A stretch of 64,000 bases of DNA from Cyanophyceae cyanobacterium (GCA_038321985.1 JBBQFN010000003.1:256001-320000); one strand, 5' to 3'. Shown: positions 1-10,812, numbered from the stretch's first letter. Made by a program: numbers and translations. Notes: generated by a model not told the origin, from the letters alone.

Positions 1-1012
1 TTAAAAGCAATTGCTTCTTAACAGGTTCTACCTTCTTAAGTTCCCCTTTTAAACTGACAATTCGGGAAGTATCGGTTGCACTGCCAGTTTGAATTTCAAA
101 CAGTTTTGCACCGAAACCGAGAAAGCCAAAATTGCGCTCTAAACTGAGGAGATGCCCTCCTTGTTCTAAGGCTAATAATTCCGGTAATCCATTATAAATG
201 CTCCAGCGTACACTCTCGTCGAGGGGGTAAAGATTTTCAGAAATTAGGAGGGGTGGTCCATCAGAGATTAGATAATGAAGTAAGCGGTTTTTAGGTGGCA
301 GATCGGAGTCGAGTTCATCGAGATCTTGAAGTAGGGGTGCTTCCGTGGCGGTAAACAGACGATAGGGATCGACGGTAGCATCGCCAAACCCTCTAGGATT
401 AAGGGTGAGAGATTCTAATCCTAAATTATCTTGGATGCCTTGGGTTTGGTTCTCGACACTATCAGGGATGTAGCGCTTGGGGATAGTCAGATCCCGCACA
501 AACTTGCCGGTTTCTAGCTCAATTTCGTGGATAAAGGGTGCAACACCTTTTCGAGCAATCCCTTCGCTAGCGATATAAACACTGTTGGGTGAGGCAAAGG
601 CGATGCCTTCTCCATCAATTTCACCGATGGGATAGGGGTTACCCTCTTGATCTTTGAGAAGGGTGACTCCTTCAATTTCAACGGTTTCGATTTTGGGAGT
701 ATCGGAACTGTTAGAATCCAAAATTAGTTTAAGGGTATAGAAGCGGGCGGGGGCGTAATATCCCCGATCGTCGGAGATGACGTAGAAGCGATCGCGTTGG
801 CGATCGTAGGTGATGCCAGATAATCCTCCAACGGGCGTATCCTGAAAGGGACGTTTCGGGAGTTCATACTCGTCCAAAAATTCTAGGGACAAGTTGAGAA
901 ATATTCGCTCTTGTGCGTTGACTTGTGGCAAGGCACAGGCTGTTAATATACCCGATAGCACCAGTGCTAATGCCATCACCCAGGGGAAAATCTGAAATTT
1001 GCGCCGGTTCAC
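1..1012 (-). CDS. Esterase-like activity of phytase family lipoprotein (3' end runs off the window)
   Basis: Absent from the ORF track; translated by hand. GTG at 1012 follows GGAGG. The product reads VNRRKFQIFPWVMALALVLSGILTAC (lipobox) ... EFLDEYELPK..GGLSGITYDRQRDRFYVISDDRG, and the same frame is open at base 1. Confidence 0.8.
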   Translation of the reverse strand, partial: MNRRKFQIFPWVMALALVLSGILTACALPQVNAQERIFLNLSLEFLDEYELPKRPFQDTPVGGLSGITYDRQRDRFYVISDDRGYYAPARFYTLKLILDSNSSDTPKIETVEIEGVTLLKDQEGNPYPIGEIDGEGIAFASPNSVYIASEGIARKGVAPFIHEIELETGKFVRDLTIPKRYIPDSVENQTQGIQDNLGLESLTLNPRGFGDATVDPYRLFTATEAPLLQDLDELDSDLPPKNRLLHYLISDGPPLLISENLYPLDESVRWSIYNGLPELLALEQGGHLLSLERNFGFLGFGAKLFEIQTGSATDTSRIVSLKGELKKVEPVKKQLLL

Positions 1013-1176
1013 GATCGCCTCCAACCATTGGGAATCTAAATAGTCCAGTTTTCAATTTAACAAATTGGCGGGAAGATTGGCAGGGTGAGAGCATCTTTAA
1101 TCCATCGCCAACCCCGTTTATGTTCAGCGATTAAAGTGAACGGTTAACCAGTTGAGTGAACTCAAGAAGAAACTAG

Positions 1177-2472
1177 ATGAAAATGCTAAGGGAAGTAAAA
1201 TGTGGAGGAAATCATTACCCAATCAGCCAAACCAGACTGCATCAAACCCCTTATTATTTAAGGTTATATTGCTGGATTTCATGCTTGACTTTTCTGGGAT
1301 TTAATGCATTAAATGTCCAGGCACAACCTGAAAATTCTGCACCGCCCCTGTTGCCTCCGAATCCATTGGAAGTGCTGATACCTGACCCATTAGTGCCGAA
1401 TCCACCGAAGAAAAATCAATCCTTAACTCCTGAACAACTGAGGGAATTAGAGTTTGCTTTAAATGTTTTAAATGCAGAAGCATTGGCCGAGTTAGCAGCG
1501 GGAAATAGGGTAGAAGCCTTTACGATTTGGTATCGCGAATTGCGCTTGTGGCGTTATTTTGGACCGTTGCCGGAGGTGCGGGCTTTAACTCGGGTGGGGG
1601 CGACTGCCTGGGAACAACAAGAAATTACGGCATTGCAATCTATTGATGCTCGCCTAAAGGTCATTTATCAGGAGTATTGCATCGGTCCTCAAATTTGTGA
1701 ATTGCCACTTTTACAAGGATTAGTAGCGGGATTTGAAACCGTGCGATCGCGGGATTTAGCCATCACCGTTTATCAGCAACTCCTCACCAATGCCCGCGAT
1801 CGCAATGATCCATCCGCAGAAGAAACGATTCTCACGAATATGGCCCGCCTCTATCTGGAAAAGTTGGATTATATCAATGCCGCAACTCCCTATCAAGGGT
1901 TACTTTCTTTTGCGGTACAACGAAGCGATCGCCTCCAAGAACTTTCCTATCTCGAACAACTGGCTTTTATTTACACTCAGGCGAATAATTCCGAAGGGGC
2001 GATCGCCACTCGGCAACAACTGGTCAACCATTATAGTAACCCCCAAGATATTCGCAAAATCCCCCAACTTCAGTTGGCGATCGCCACGGATTATGAACGT
2101 CTCGGTCAACTGCAACCGGCAGTCGCCAGCTACGAACAAGCCTATACCTTAGCCTGGACTCAACAACAATTTTATATTGCTAGCGACGCTCTCGAACGCC
2201 TAGCCAGCCTCTATACCACCCTAAACCAATTCGATGCCGCCTTAGAAGTTTATGAAGCATTATTAATCGTTGAACGGCGGGCTTACAACTTATATGGGAT
2301 AATGGATACTTACGATCGCATCGGTCAAATTTATCGACAACAAAATGCTAACTCTGAAGCTATCCAAGCCTTTCAAAATGGTCTGGATATTGCCCGACAA
2401 CTGAAATATCAAGAGGCATATTTTACCGAACAAATTGATCGACTCGTTCGCCGATCTCGCGAAACTTTCTAA
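1177..2472 (+). CDS. Tetratricopeptide-repeat protein, probably exported
   Basis: 431-aa ORF with a hydrophobic N-terminal segment ending AQP, a Pro-rich linker and repeated TPR-like helices (A..Y..AL.I). Confidence 0.75.
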   Translation: MKMLREVKCGGNHYPISQTRLHQTPYYLRLYCWISCLTFLGFNALNVQAQPENSAPPLLPPNPLEVLIPDPLVPNPPKKNQSLTPEQLRELEFALNVLNAEALAELAAGNRVEAFTIWYRELRLWRYFGPLPEVRALTRVGATAWEQQEITALQSIDARLKVIYQEYCIGPQICELPLLQGLVAGFETVRSRDLAITVYQQLLTNARDRNDPSAEETILTNMARLYLEKLDYINAATPYQGLLSFAVQRSDRLQELSYLEQLAFIYTQANNSEGAIATRQQLVNHYSNPQDIRKIPQLQLAIATDYERLGQLQPAVASYEQAYTLAWTQQQFYIASDALERLASLYTTLNQFDAALEVYEALLIVERRAYNLYGIMDTYDRIGQIYRQQNANSEAIQAFQNGLDIARQLKYQEAYFTEQIDRLVRRSRETF

Positions 2473-2475
2473 TCT

Positions 2476-3933
2476 ATGTTGCAGGATCATACTCAAGCCC
2501 CCTTATTAGAAACCCTCACCCAATGTGCGGGCAAACCCCACGCGCCCTTCTATGCACCGGGACACAAACGGGGGCGAGGAATTCCCCAATCTTTGAGCAA
2601 CCTGTTAGGAACATCGGTATTTTTAGCCGATTTGCCCGAACTACCGGAACTGGATAATTTATTTGCTCCCACTGGGGCGATCGCTGCATCCCAGGAACTC
2701 GCTGCTGATGCCTTTGGTGCTGCCCAAACTTGGTTTTTAGTCAATGGTTCTACGGCGGGAATAATTGCCGCGATTTTGGCAACTTGTGCTCGGGGAGATA
2801 AAATTATCCTGCCGCGTAATGTCCATAAATCGGTAATTTCTGGGTTGATTTTATCCGGTGCATTGCCGATTTTTCTCCCCCCTGAATTCGATCCCCTGTG
2901 GGATTTAGCCCTCAGTATCACCCCGGAATCGGTGGATCAGGCATTAACAGCCCATCCTGATGCTAAGGCAGTGATGATGGTTTACCCCACCTATCAAGGG
3001 GTTTGTGGGGATATTGAGGCGATCGCCACCCTCACCCACCAATTCGACATTCCCCTGTTAGTGGATGAGGCCCATGGCCCTCATTTTGCTTTCCACTCGG
3101 ATTTACCCACATCGGCCCTGGTTGCTGGGGCGGACCTATCCGTGCAATCCATTCACAAAGTCCTTGGGGCCATGACCCAGGCATCAATGCTGCATATCCA
3201 AGGCGATCGCATTGATGTCAATCGCCTGACTCAAAGTTTGCAATTAATCCAGTCCACCAGTCCCAGTTATTTACTCCTGGCTTCTTTAGATGCAGCGCGG
3301 CAACAAATGGCACTACAGGGTGGGGAGTTAATGACCCAAACCCTTGCCCTCGCCAGTCGCGCCCGAGAGGAGATTGCAGGGATACCAGGGTTATCTGTGT
3401 TAAGTCCCCCAGAACCAAAAATTCCGGGATTTTTCGCCGGCGATCGCACCCGTCTCACCGTCGGGGTGCGGGGGTTGGGACTCAGTGGGTATCAAGTCGA
3501 TGAAATACTCCACGAACAACTCGGGGTCACCTGCGAATTACCCTCGTTGCACCATCTAACCTTTATTATCAGCTTGGGGAACAGTCCCGCAGATATTGAC
3601 CAACTCGTGCAAGGTTTCTCCACCCTATCCCGAGATTATTGCCACAGTGCGATATCTGTTTCCTTTCCTCCTCTCCCCCCGTCTCCCTCCCTATGCCTAT
3701 CCCCTAGGAATGCTTTTTTCGCTGAGGTTGAAGTAATAGCGATTGGAGAGGCGATCGCGAGGGTCAGTGCTGAGTTAGTATGTCCGTATCCCCCAGGGAT
3801 CCCGATTTTGATGCCCGGAGAGGTGATCACCCTAGAGGCCGTCACCTATTTGCAACAAGTGCTTGCCCATGGAGGTATCCTAACCGGATGTAGCGATCCG
3901 ACTCTAACCACCCTAAAAGTTGTTAGAACTTGA
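2476..3933 (+). CDS. Orn/Lys/Arg decarboxylase family PLP enzyme
   Basis: Motifs PGHKRG, FLVNGST, PRNVHKS, VDEAHG, QSIHK (PLP lysine), STSPSY, YPPGIP. Confidence 0.9.
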   Translation: MLQDHTQAPLLETLTQCAGKPHAPFYAPGHKRGRGIPQSLSNLLGTSVFLADLPELPELDNLFAPTGAIAASQELAADAFGAAQTWFLVNGSTAGIIAAILATCARGDKIILPRNVHKSVISGLILSGALPIFLPPEFDPLWDLALSITPESVDQALTAHPDAKAVMMVYPTYQGVCGDIEAIATLTHQFDIPLLVDEAHGPHFAFHSDLPTSALVAGADLSVQSIHKVLGAMTQASMLHIQGDRIDVNRLTQSLQLIQSTSPSYLLLASLDAARQQMALQGGELMTQTLALASRAREEIAGIPGLSVLSPPEPKIPGFFAGDRTRLTVGVRGLGLSGYQVDEILHEQLGVTCELPSLHHLTFIISLGNSPADIDQLVQGFSTLSRDYCHSAISVSFPPLPPSPSLCLSPRNAFFAEVEVIAIGEAIARVSAELVCPYPPGIPILMPGEVITLEAVTYLQQVLAHGGILTGCSDPTLTTLKVVRT

Positions 3934-4179
3934 TAACCCCTAGAAAAATCATCGGAAAAAAGGTTAAAAATATTACGATTAAATCCCTTATTTAATCCTC
4001 TAATTTTCAAAATCAGACTGAAAAAATTGTTCAATTAAAGCCCTTTAAATAAAAATAAGAAAAATAGAGAGCTAAGTTTTTAAAATTATTTTTCAAAAGA
4101 AAAATAGATATCTTGATAAATTAACTTTGCCGTAAAATTTTCACTTAAAATTTCACATAAATATTTGATAAATTTTCTT

Positions 4180-4782
4180 ATGGATTCTGCACTCTGGCCT
4201 TACATTACCCCGGGTATTGCTGATGATTTGTTTGAGCGTTTGCCGGGAATTCCGATGAGCAAACGGGAAACGAGATTGCTTTTACTCTCCCATCTACGCC
4301 TGCAATCTGAGTCCGTATTGTGGGATATCGGGGCAGGAACCGGGACAATCCCTGTGGAAGCCGGATTACTTTGTCCAAAAGGTCGAATTTTAGCCGTAGA
4401 ACGAGATGAGGAAGTCGCGGCCTTAATTCGTTCTAACTGCGATCGCTTCGGGGTTACCAATGTAGAAGTAATCGAAGGCAGTGCTCCGGAATGTCTCGGC
4501 GAGTTGCCCCATCCCCCGAATCGTGTCTGCATTGAAGGAGGCCGCCCCATGAAAACCATCTTAGAGAAAGTCTGGTCCTACTTACTCCCCGAGGGTCGAG
4601 TCGTTGTCACAGCCGCGAGTCTCGAAAATCTGTATGCCATTTCTGAAAGCTTTGCTGAGTTACAAGTCCGGAATGTTGAGGTCGTACAGTCCTCATTCAA
4701 CCGCTTAGAAGGAAGGGGGACTCATCAAACTTTTGTTGCGGTTGACCCAATCTTTATTCTTAGTGGAGAAAAGCTCGATTGA
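4180..4782 (+). CDS. cbiT: Precorrin-6Y/cobalt-precorrin-6B C15-methyltransferase CbiT
   Basis: PGIPMSKRETR, SAM motif WDIGAGTG, IEGSAPE. ATG at 4180 preferred to TTG at 4165. Confidence 0.9.
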   Translation: MDSALWPYITPGIADDLFERLPGIPMSKRETRLLLLSHLRLQSESVLWDIGAGTGTIPVEAGLLCPKGRILAVERDEEVAALIRSNCDRFGVTNVEVIEGSAPECLGELPHPPNRVCIEGGRPMKTILEKVWSYLLPEGRVVVTAASLENLYAISESFAELQVRNVEVVQSSFNRLEGRGTHQTFVAVDPIFILSGEKLD

Positions 4783-4846
4783 AATTAAGCCCGGGTTACC
4801 GTGCTCACGTTGGTTGCTAATACTAGATTGATTATAAAGTTGTTCT

Positions 4847-5728
4847 ATGCCTTTGTCTCGAATTCTCAGTACCATTGTGGCTCTAATCTTAGCCCTAGGG
4901 ACGACCTTTTTAGGGGGTTGGTACTTTACGGTCGGCTTCTCCATCCTAGTCTGTCTTGCCCATCGGGAATACTTGGAACTGGTTCGTGCTAAGGGGATTT
5001 ACCCGGCAGCGAAAACGAGCTTATTTTTAAGTCTGGCGCTGGTGGTGATTTCTACTCTGGATTCCCAACTGACGGACGCACTCTTGCCGATCGCCGGAAC
5101 CTGTATTTGTTTCTATCTGCTATTTAAAACAAAAATGGCGACGATCGCCGATTTAGCCGCCTCCATTCTGGGCTTATTTTATATCGGCTATTTACCGAGT
5201 TTTTGGCTACGCTTACGCACCTTAGGGTCCGAGGCAGCCAGTAACTTCCCCTTGGGGGGCTATTGGCCCAATACCTGGCCGTCTTTCTCCGAACTGCCAA
5301 CGGGGTTAAGTGTGACGTTGCTTTCGTTTGCTTGCATTTCTATGGCTGATTCTGCCGCTTATGTAGGTGGCAAATGGGTCGGGCGGACTCATTTTTCCGC
5401 TATCAGTCCTAAAAAGACCGTGGAAGGGGCAGTGATTGGGGTACTCGGGAGTGTGATTTTGGCAACCCTAGGGGCAAAATATTTGGGTTGGCCCCTGTGG
5501 CAGGGAACAGGGGTAGCCTTTGGGTTGCTGCTTGGGATTGCCAGTTTAATGGGGGATTTAATCGAGTCTCTGATGAAGCGTGATGCAGGAGTGAAGGATT
5601 CCGGTACCCTGATTCCAGGTCACGGAGGAATCCTAGACCGCGTAGATGGTTATATCTTTACAGCTCCTTTTGTTTATTACTTTATTACCCTACTGTTGCC
5701 CTTGTTATCTCAAGGGCTAGGGTCCTAA
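4847..5728 (+). CDS. cdsA: Phosphatidate cytidylyltransferase
   Basis: Multi-TM protein with ISPKKTVEG and KRDAGVKDSGTLIPGHGGILDRVD. Confidence 0.95.
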   Translation: MPLSRILSTIVALILALGTTFLGGWYFTVGFSILVCLAHREYLELVRAKGIYPAAKTSLFLSLALVVISTLDSQLTDALLPIAGTCICFYLLFKTKMATIADLAASILGLFYIGYLPSFWLRLRTLGSEAASNFPLGGYWPNTWPSFSELPTGLSVTLLSFACISMADSAAYVGGKWVGRTHFSAISPKKTVEGAVIGVLGSVILATLGAKYLGWPLWQGTGVAFGLLLGIASLMGDLIESLMKRDAGVKDSGTLIPGHGGILDRVDGYIFTAPFVYYFITLLLPLLSQGLGS

Positions 5729-5736
5729 GGGAAACC

Positions 5737-6531
5737 TTATGGGAGAACGGTCAGTTGACCTTGGCAGAGTAGCCCAGTTTCAGTAAAGCAGAGTTCTGAA
5801 ATTGCCACGTCAGAACCCAGGGGTAAAATAACGGTTTCTAATGGCGTTACGGCTGAGTCTGACAAAATTTGAATGGTGGGATTGACAAAATGCAATTCCT
5901 GAGTGCTGGCAAGTTGCAACCCGCTTCGCAGTAAAAAAGTTTGGGAGTCTTCTAAATGCCAGTGTAAACTCCCACGCAGAGTCAGGGTTTGTTCAGGGGA
6001 AACCTGGGCCGCGCCCTCCCAGATGAGGGTAGGTTCAAACTCCCAGGACAGGGCAGCGGCTAACTTAGGAAGGAATAATTGAGTTAACGCCTCAGCGATA
6101 AGCGGCGATCGCATTGAGGCATTCAGGTCGGCTTCCGTTAAATGTAGCCTTGCTAGCACCTGTACCGGGTCCTGAAGGCGCAAGGACTTCCCGCGCAGAA
6201 TGTCCAGCAGATTGATGCGAATGCCGGTCCCGCTGACCTCCAGGGTGCTCAGATGCAGACCTTGATAGATGGCATCGGACCCGCAGATAGAGACCTGGGG
6301 AATGAGGCCCTGGAGGATTTGCCGATCGCCTCCGTTAATTTTCACCTCTAGTTCCCCTACGGATTCCACCTGCGATCGCAACCACAACTGCACAGCGCTG
6401 GAGAGGACCCAACCGATGCGAGCACGGGAGGGGCTAATCGGTTCACTAAAGGGTAAACCGTCTTCTCCTCGGGAGAATTCGGGGCGATCGCCTGACAAAC
6501 GCGCTGGTTTTATAACGTTCTCCTCACTCAT
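5737..6531 (-). CDS. DUF2993/LmeA-like cyanobacterial protein
   Basis: LWLRSQVE..L.V.I.G.DRQIL.G.IP and LTEADLNASL-like motifs. Start uncertain (ATG at 6531 chosen). Confidence 0.7.
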   Translation of the reverse strand: MSEENVIKPARLSGDRPEFSRGEDGLPFSEPISPSRARIGWVLSSAVQLWLRSQVESVGELEVKINGGDRQILQGLIPQVSICGSDAIYQGLHLSTLEVSGTGIRINLLDILRGKSLRLQDPVQVLARLHLTEADLNASMRSPLIAEALTQLFLPKLAAALSWEFEPTLIWEGAAQVSPEQTLTLRGSLHWHLEDSQTFLLRSGLQLASTQELHFVNPTIQILSDSAVTPLETVILPLGSDVAISELCFTETGLLCQGQLTVLP

Positions 6532-6798
6532 AAATATTTCAAATCCAATTCCACCGTAGCGAGGCCCCCGAATAATTAATGTCAGCGACTGGGTGCGAAA
6601 TGTTGGGGTCTCAACCACAGCCCTCAACCGGGCTAACCCAGGGTTTTATTGCTTCTAACCCCTAGTCTTTCGTTCCGACCGCTTGTATTCTCCACGATCC
6701 TGTAATATTTGTACATAGTTCAGTATGGCAACCCGTCAGATGGACTCAACTCCCAAAAACTTTTAGAAAAAAGCGAAAAACGCGCAGCCGTCCAAAGC

Positions 6799-7593
6799 AT
6801 GGATGCTAGACTGCAAAAAATCCTATCCGAATGGGGCATTGCCTCACGCCGTCAAGCTGAAAAAATGATCGAACAGGGACGGGTCCAACTGAATGGCGAA
6901 ATTGCCCACCTCGGTCAAAAAGCCGATCCCCAACGCGATCGCATCCAAGTCGATGGCGTTCCAGTTAACCCATCTCATCGTCCTGATCCGATTTACTTGT
7001 TGTTGCACAAACCCACCGGGGTTGTTTCCACCTGCGCCGACCCCCAAGGTCGCACCACCGTGCTAGACCTCCTGCCTGCTGACTTACGGCAAGCGCAGGG
7101 CATCCATCCAGTTGGCCGTTTAGACTTTGACTCCACCGGAGCCTTACTGCTTACCAATGACGGAGAACTTACCTTCCAACTCACCCATCCCAGGCATAGT
7201 ATTCCCAAAACCTACCAAGTAACCGTCGCTGGAGAACCCCGGGAATCCGCCTTACAAGCATGGCGTCGCGGTGTCGTCCTAGATGGCAAAAAAACCCGAC
7301 CGGCCCCGGTTCGTGTCCTCGACTCCCCAAACCCTTCCCAAACCCTTCTCGAAGTTATTCTCTTTGAAGGGAGAAATCGCCAAATTCGGCGGGTTGCTGA
7401 CTTGCTAGGATACCCAGTCATTCACTTACACCGCACGGCAATCGGCTCTATTCTTCTCAACCCACCCGGGGAAGCTCCCTTGCCCCACGGCCACTACCGC
7501 TCCTTGAAACCCTCTGAGATATGTTTCTTACAAAGTCAAGTCTCCCTAAAATCCTTAAATTTGCCAGCAGACGCTCAGGAACCGACCCGATGA
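6799..7593 (+). CDS. rRNA pseudouridine synthase (RsuA/RluB family, S4 domain)
   Basis: RLQKILSEWGIASRRQAE (S4 domain), catalytic VGRLDFDSTG, EGRNRQIRR. Confidence 0.93.
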   Translation: MDARLQKILSEWGIASRRQAEKMIEQGRVQLNGEIAHLGQKADPQRDRIQVDGVPVNPSHRPDPIYLLLHKPTGVVSTCADPQGRTTVLDLLPADLRQAQGIHPVGRLDFDSTGALLLTNDGELTFQLTHPRHSIPKTYQVTVAGEPRESALQAWRRGVVLDGKKTRPAPVRVLDSPNPSQTLLEVILFEGRNRQIRRVADLLGYPVIHLHRTAIGSILLNPPGEAPLPHGHYRSLKPSEICFLQSQVSLKSLNLPADAQEPTR

Positions 7594-8384
7594 AGAAGCA
7601 TCACCATAAACCCATCCTGAAACCAGAGCAGGATCCATCGGTCAAGTTAGCCGAGATGGGTGCTTATTTACGGCAAGTGCGGGAGTCTCAGTCGATAACC
7701 CTAGAAGAAGTCGCCGCGAAAACTATGATTCGGGTGAGTCTACTGCAATCAATTGAAGAAGGGCAACTTTATAAGCTCCCCGAACCGATTTACATTCAGG
7801 GTTTTCTCTTGCGTTTTGCTGAGGCTTTGGGTTTAAACGGCGTGGAGTTTGCCAAAACTTTTCCGATCATTTCGACTTGGCGAAAGCGGAAACTACCTCA
7901 GTGGTATTTACCCATGCCTAAAATCCGGCCCATTCATCTGTACCTGATTTATATTCTTTTAATTATGGGTGCCGTCAAAGGGTTGTCTGGATTTGTCGAA
8001 ACCACGGCGGTACAGGAATCCACTGTTCAAGAAACGGAAACCGCTAAGGGTGTAGTCAGTTCGGACCCAGCTAGCGCTGAAAAACCCACCCTCGACAAGG
8101 TAGCGGCTCCAACCCCGGGGGCAGCTCCGTCTAATTCCAACGCTCCTGTCAGGGTGGGACTGATTGTTCAGGATAGTTCCTGGGTTCAAATTATCGCCGA
8201 CGGCAAAACCGAATTTGAAGGGATGTTGCTCCAAGGGACCGAACGGACCTGGGAAGCCAAGCAACAACTGGTGATCCTAGCTGGCAATGCCGGAGGGGTA
8301 CTCGTTGCCGTCAATGACGAGCAAGCCAAGCTCATGGGCGAACCCGGTGTTGCTGAAGAGGTGATCTTTCGGGCCGAACCCTAG
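7590..8384 (+). CDS. rodZ: RodZ-like HTH / TM / DUF4115 cell-shape protein
   Basis: HTH (GAYLRQVRE..ITLEEVA..LPEPIYIQGF), one TM helix, C-terminal SWVQIIADGK..GNAGGV. ATGA overlap with the upstream gene. Confidence 0.85.
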   Translation: MKKHHHKPILKPEQDPSVKLAEMGAYLRQVRESQSITLEEVAAKTMIRVSLLQSIEEGQLYKLPEPIYIQGFLLRFAEALGLNGVEFAKTFPIISTWRKRKLPQWYLPMPKIRPIHLYLIYILLIMGAVKGLSGFVETTAVQESTVQETETAKGVVSSDPASAEKPTLDKVAAPTPGAAPSNSNAPVRVGLIVQDSSWVQIIADGKTEFEGMLLQGTERTWEAKQQLVILAGNAGGVLVAVNDEQAKLMGEPGVAEEVIFRAEP

Positions 8385-8452
8385 GGTATTGAGACAGTAG
8401 AAGGGAGACAACCGGGTTTCTTTACAACTTTCTTTGAGCCGTGAAACCCGAT

Positions 8453-8569
8453 TTTTTGTCCTCTGGATCTAATCCGGTTACCCTGCCTAGTATTGCCTGC
8501 GGCCATAGGTTTTTGTCCTCTGGATCTAATCCGGTTACCCTGCCTAGTATTGCCTGCGGCCATAGGTTT
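8453..8569. repeat. 57-bp direct tandem duplication spanning the malQ stop codon
   Basis: TTTTTGTCCTCTGGATCTAATCCGGTTACCCTGCCTAGTATTGCCTGCGGCCATAGG occurs twice with period 57 (CTCTGGATCT at 8461 and 8518). Confidence 0.95.
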
Positions 8570-10046
8570 CGGTCAGCAATTTGAGGCGATCTCGAAGGTC
8601 CCAATTCAGGACTTCCCCTCGATAACGCCATCCCCAATTCCCTTCCGCTAGCCCCGGGGTATTCATCCGCGCATCGCTCCCTAACCCCAACAAATCCTGC
8701 AAGGGGATCAGGGCTTGATTCGCGATCGAGGACATCGCCTGTCGAATTAATTGCCAGTGAATGCCCTCCTCAGAAATCGGTCCCAAATAGGCTTCCAGAC
8801 ACCACCGTTCGTGTTCTGAGAGTTTTTCAAACCATCCCACCGTCGTATCGTTATCGTGAGTCCCGGTATAAACGACACAGTTGCGTGAGTAATTAAGGGG
8901 CAAATAGGGATTTCCCGGACCGGATCCAAAGGCAAAGTGTAAAATTTTCATCCCCGGAAACTCGAACTCGTCTCGCAGGGCCTCCACTTCTGGGGTAATC
9001 ACTCCTAAATCTTCAGCAATAATCGGTAGGGTGCCTAAGCGTTCTTCCACGGTCTTCAATAACGCCGAACCCGGGGCCGAAATCCACTTCCCTTTCAGGG
9101 CCGTGGTTTCCCCTTGTCTAACGCACCAGAACGACTCCAGCCCCCGGAAATGGTCAATGCGAATGATATCCACATAACTGAGCATGGATTGGAAACGCTT
9201 CACCCACCAATCAAAATTCTGCTTTTCCAGACGCTTCCACAAATAGACCGGGTTACCCCATAATTGTCCCGTCTCACTGAAATAATCCGGCGGCACTCCC
9301 GCCATTCCTGCCGGTTCTCCCGTTTTGAGGTCCAAACAAAAGATGTCTGGATTGGCCCAAACATCGGCGCTATCGTGAGCGACATAAATCGGGATATCCC
9401 CAATAATTTGGATACCTCGTTCGTTAGCGTAGCCCTTGAGATCCGACCATTGCCGGAAAAATTGATATTGCAAGAATTTCTGGAAAAAGATTTCTTCGGT
9501 TAACCTTTGTCGCCACTTGTTGAGTTCTTCCGGTTCCCGCTTCGCTAGGGCTGGTTCCCACTGATACCAGCTTTTTCCACCCAATACACTTTTAATTGCC
9601 ATGAATAAGGCGTAATCTTCGAGCCAATAGGCTTTTTCATGGCAAAATTCTTGAAATTGCTGTTTTTGCTCAGAAGAAGCCTGTTCTTTAAAGGTTTGAC
9701 AGGCTTGTTCTAACAGGGGCATTTTAATCGCGATCGCCCGCTCAAAATCTACCCAATCCGCTGGAAACTCCGGCACTTGGTCAAAATCCCAGCCAGCGAG
9801 CAATTCATCGCCTCGTAACTGATCGGGACTAATTAATAACGGATTTCCGGCCATCGCGGAATAGGACAAATAGGGAGAATTACCAAATCCCGTAGGCCCT
9901 AGCGGCAAAATCTGCCAGTAAAGTTGGTAGCTCTCTGCTAAAAAGTCAACGAAGCGATAAGCTGCCTCGCCAAGGTCACCGATACCAAACCGACTGGGAA
10001 ACGACGTGGGGTGGAGTAGAATACCGCTAGATCTGGGAAAGGGCAT
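8544..10046 (-). CDS. malQ: 4-alpha-glucanotransferase (GH77)
   Basis: RSSGILLHPTS, WQILPLGPTG, GVPPDYFSETGQLWGNP, RIDHFRG, AEDLG, YTGTHDNDT. Confidence 0.97.
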   Translation of the reverse strand: MPFPRSSGILLHPTSFPSRFGIGDLGEAAYRFVDFLAESYQLYWQILPLGPTGFGNSPYLSYSAMAGNPLLISPDQLRGDELLAGWDFDQVPEFPADWVDFERAIAIKMPLLEQACQTFKEQASSEQKQQFQEFCHEKAYWLEDYALFMAIKSVLGGKSWYQWEPALAKREPEELNKWRQRLTEEIFFQKFLQYQFFRQWSDLKGYANERGIQIIGDIPIYVAHDSADVWANPDIFCLDLKTGEPAGMAGVPPDYFSETGQLWGNPVYLWKRLEKQNFDWWVKRFQSMLSYVDIIRIDHFRGLESFWCVRQGETTALKGKWISAPGSALLKTVEERLGTLPIIAEDLGVITPEVEALRDEFEFPGMKILHFAFGSGPGNPYLPLNYSRNCVVYTGTHDNDTTVGWFEKLSEHERWCLEAYLGPISEEGIHWQLIRQAMSSIANQALIPLQDLLGLGSDARMNTPGLAEGNWGWRYRGEVLNWDLRDRLKLLTETYGRRQY

Positions 10047-10262
10047 GGTGTTATGTACCACTGGAAAATAACTTCAGAGGGGTAGCCCAATATCTCACCG
10101 GGCTAACGACTCTAAACTTTATCATGGTACGGGACACTTTCCAGCGGCGATCGCCGGATAGAGACTCGATTGTAAATCAGCCTTGATTCACTCCCTGACT
10201 CATCGCGCCGGTAAACTCCCCAATCTAACAACCCTTTAAAATCACGACTCTAAAATCTAACC

Positions 10263-10691
10263 ATGACCTATCGCAATCCCACTCCCACTGTTGACATCAT
10301 TATTGAGTTAGCCGATCGCCCCGCACGTCCTATTATCCTGATCGAGCGTCGCAATTCTCCCTTCGGCTGGGCTATTCCCGGCGGTTTTGTCGATTATGGG
10401 GAAGCCGTGGAAGCGGCGGCTATCCGTGAAGCGAAAGAAGAAATTGGTTTAGATGTAGAACTCATCGAACAATTTCATGTTTATTCTGACCCCAATCGGG
10501 ATCCCCGTCAGCACACCCTGAGTGTGGTCTTTTTAGCAACTGCCACAGGCGAACCCCAAGCAGCAGATGATGCCAAAAATTTAGACTGTTTTGAATCATG
10601 GCGCATTCCCACTCCCCTGTGTTTTGACCACGATCGCATCCTCAAAGATTATTGGCGATACCGACACTATGGCATCAGACCCCGGATTTAA
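10263..10691 (+). CDS. NUDIX hydrolase
   Basis: Nudix box [24 protein letters not shown]. Confidence 0.93.
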   Translation: MTYRNPTPTVDIIIELADRPARPIILIERRNSPFGWAIPGGFVDYGEAVEAAAIREAKEEIGLDVELIEQFHVYSDPNRDPRQHTLSVVFLATATGEPQAADDAKNLDCFESWRIPTPLCFDHDRILKDYWRYRHYGIRPRI

Positions 10692-10706
10692 GGCGAGGAC
10701 CATCTG

Positions 10707-10812
10707 TAGCTGTTGAGCATTTAATTTGAAGACATTAGAAAAGCTAGAAGATCGCCCTCCAAGAGGGTTGATTGATCTCTTTTCCTTAGATACTTAGATG
10801 CTAAACAGCTTA
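10707..10812. repeat. Short element with imperfect terminal inverted repeats (MITE-like)
   Basis: AGCTGTTGAGCATTTAA (10708-10724) and TTAGATGCTAAACAGCT (10794-10810) are 15/17 complementary. Confidence 0.5.

Noticed and set aside
8453..8569. Possible CRISPR array
   Set aside because: Two abutting 57-bp copies with no spacer and no cas genes in the window.
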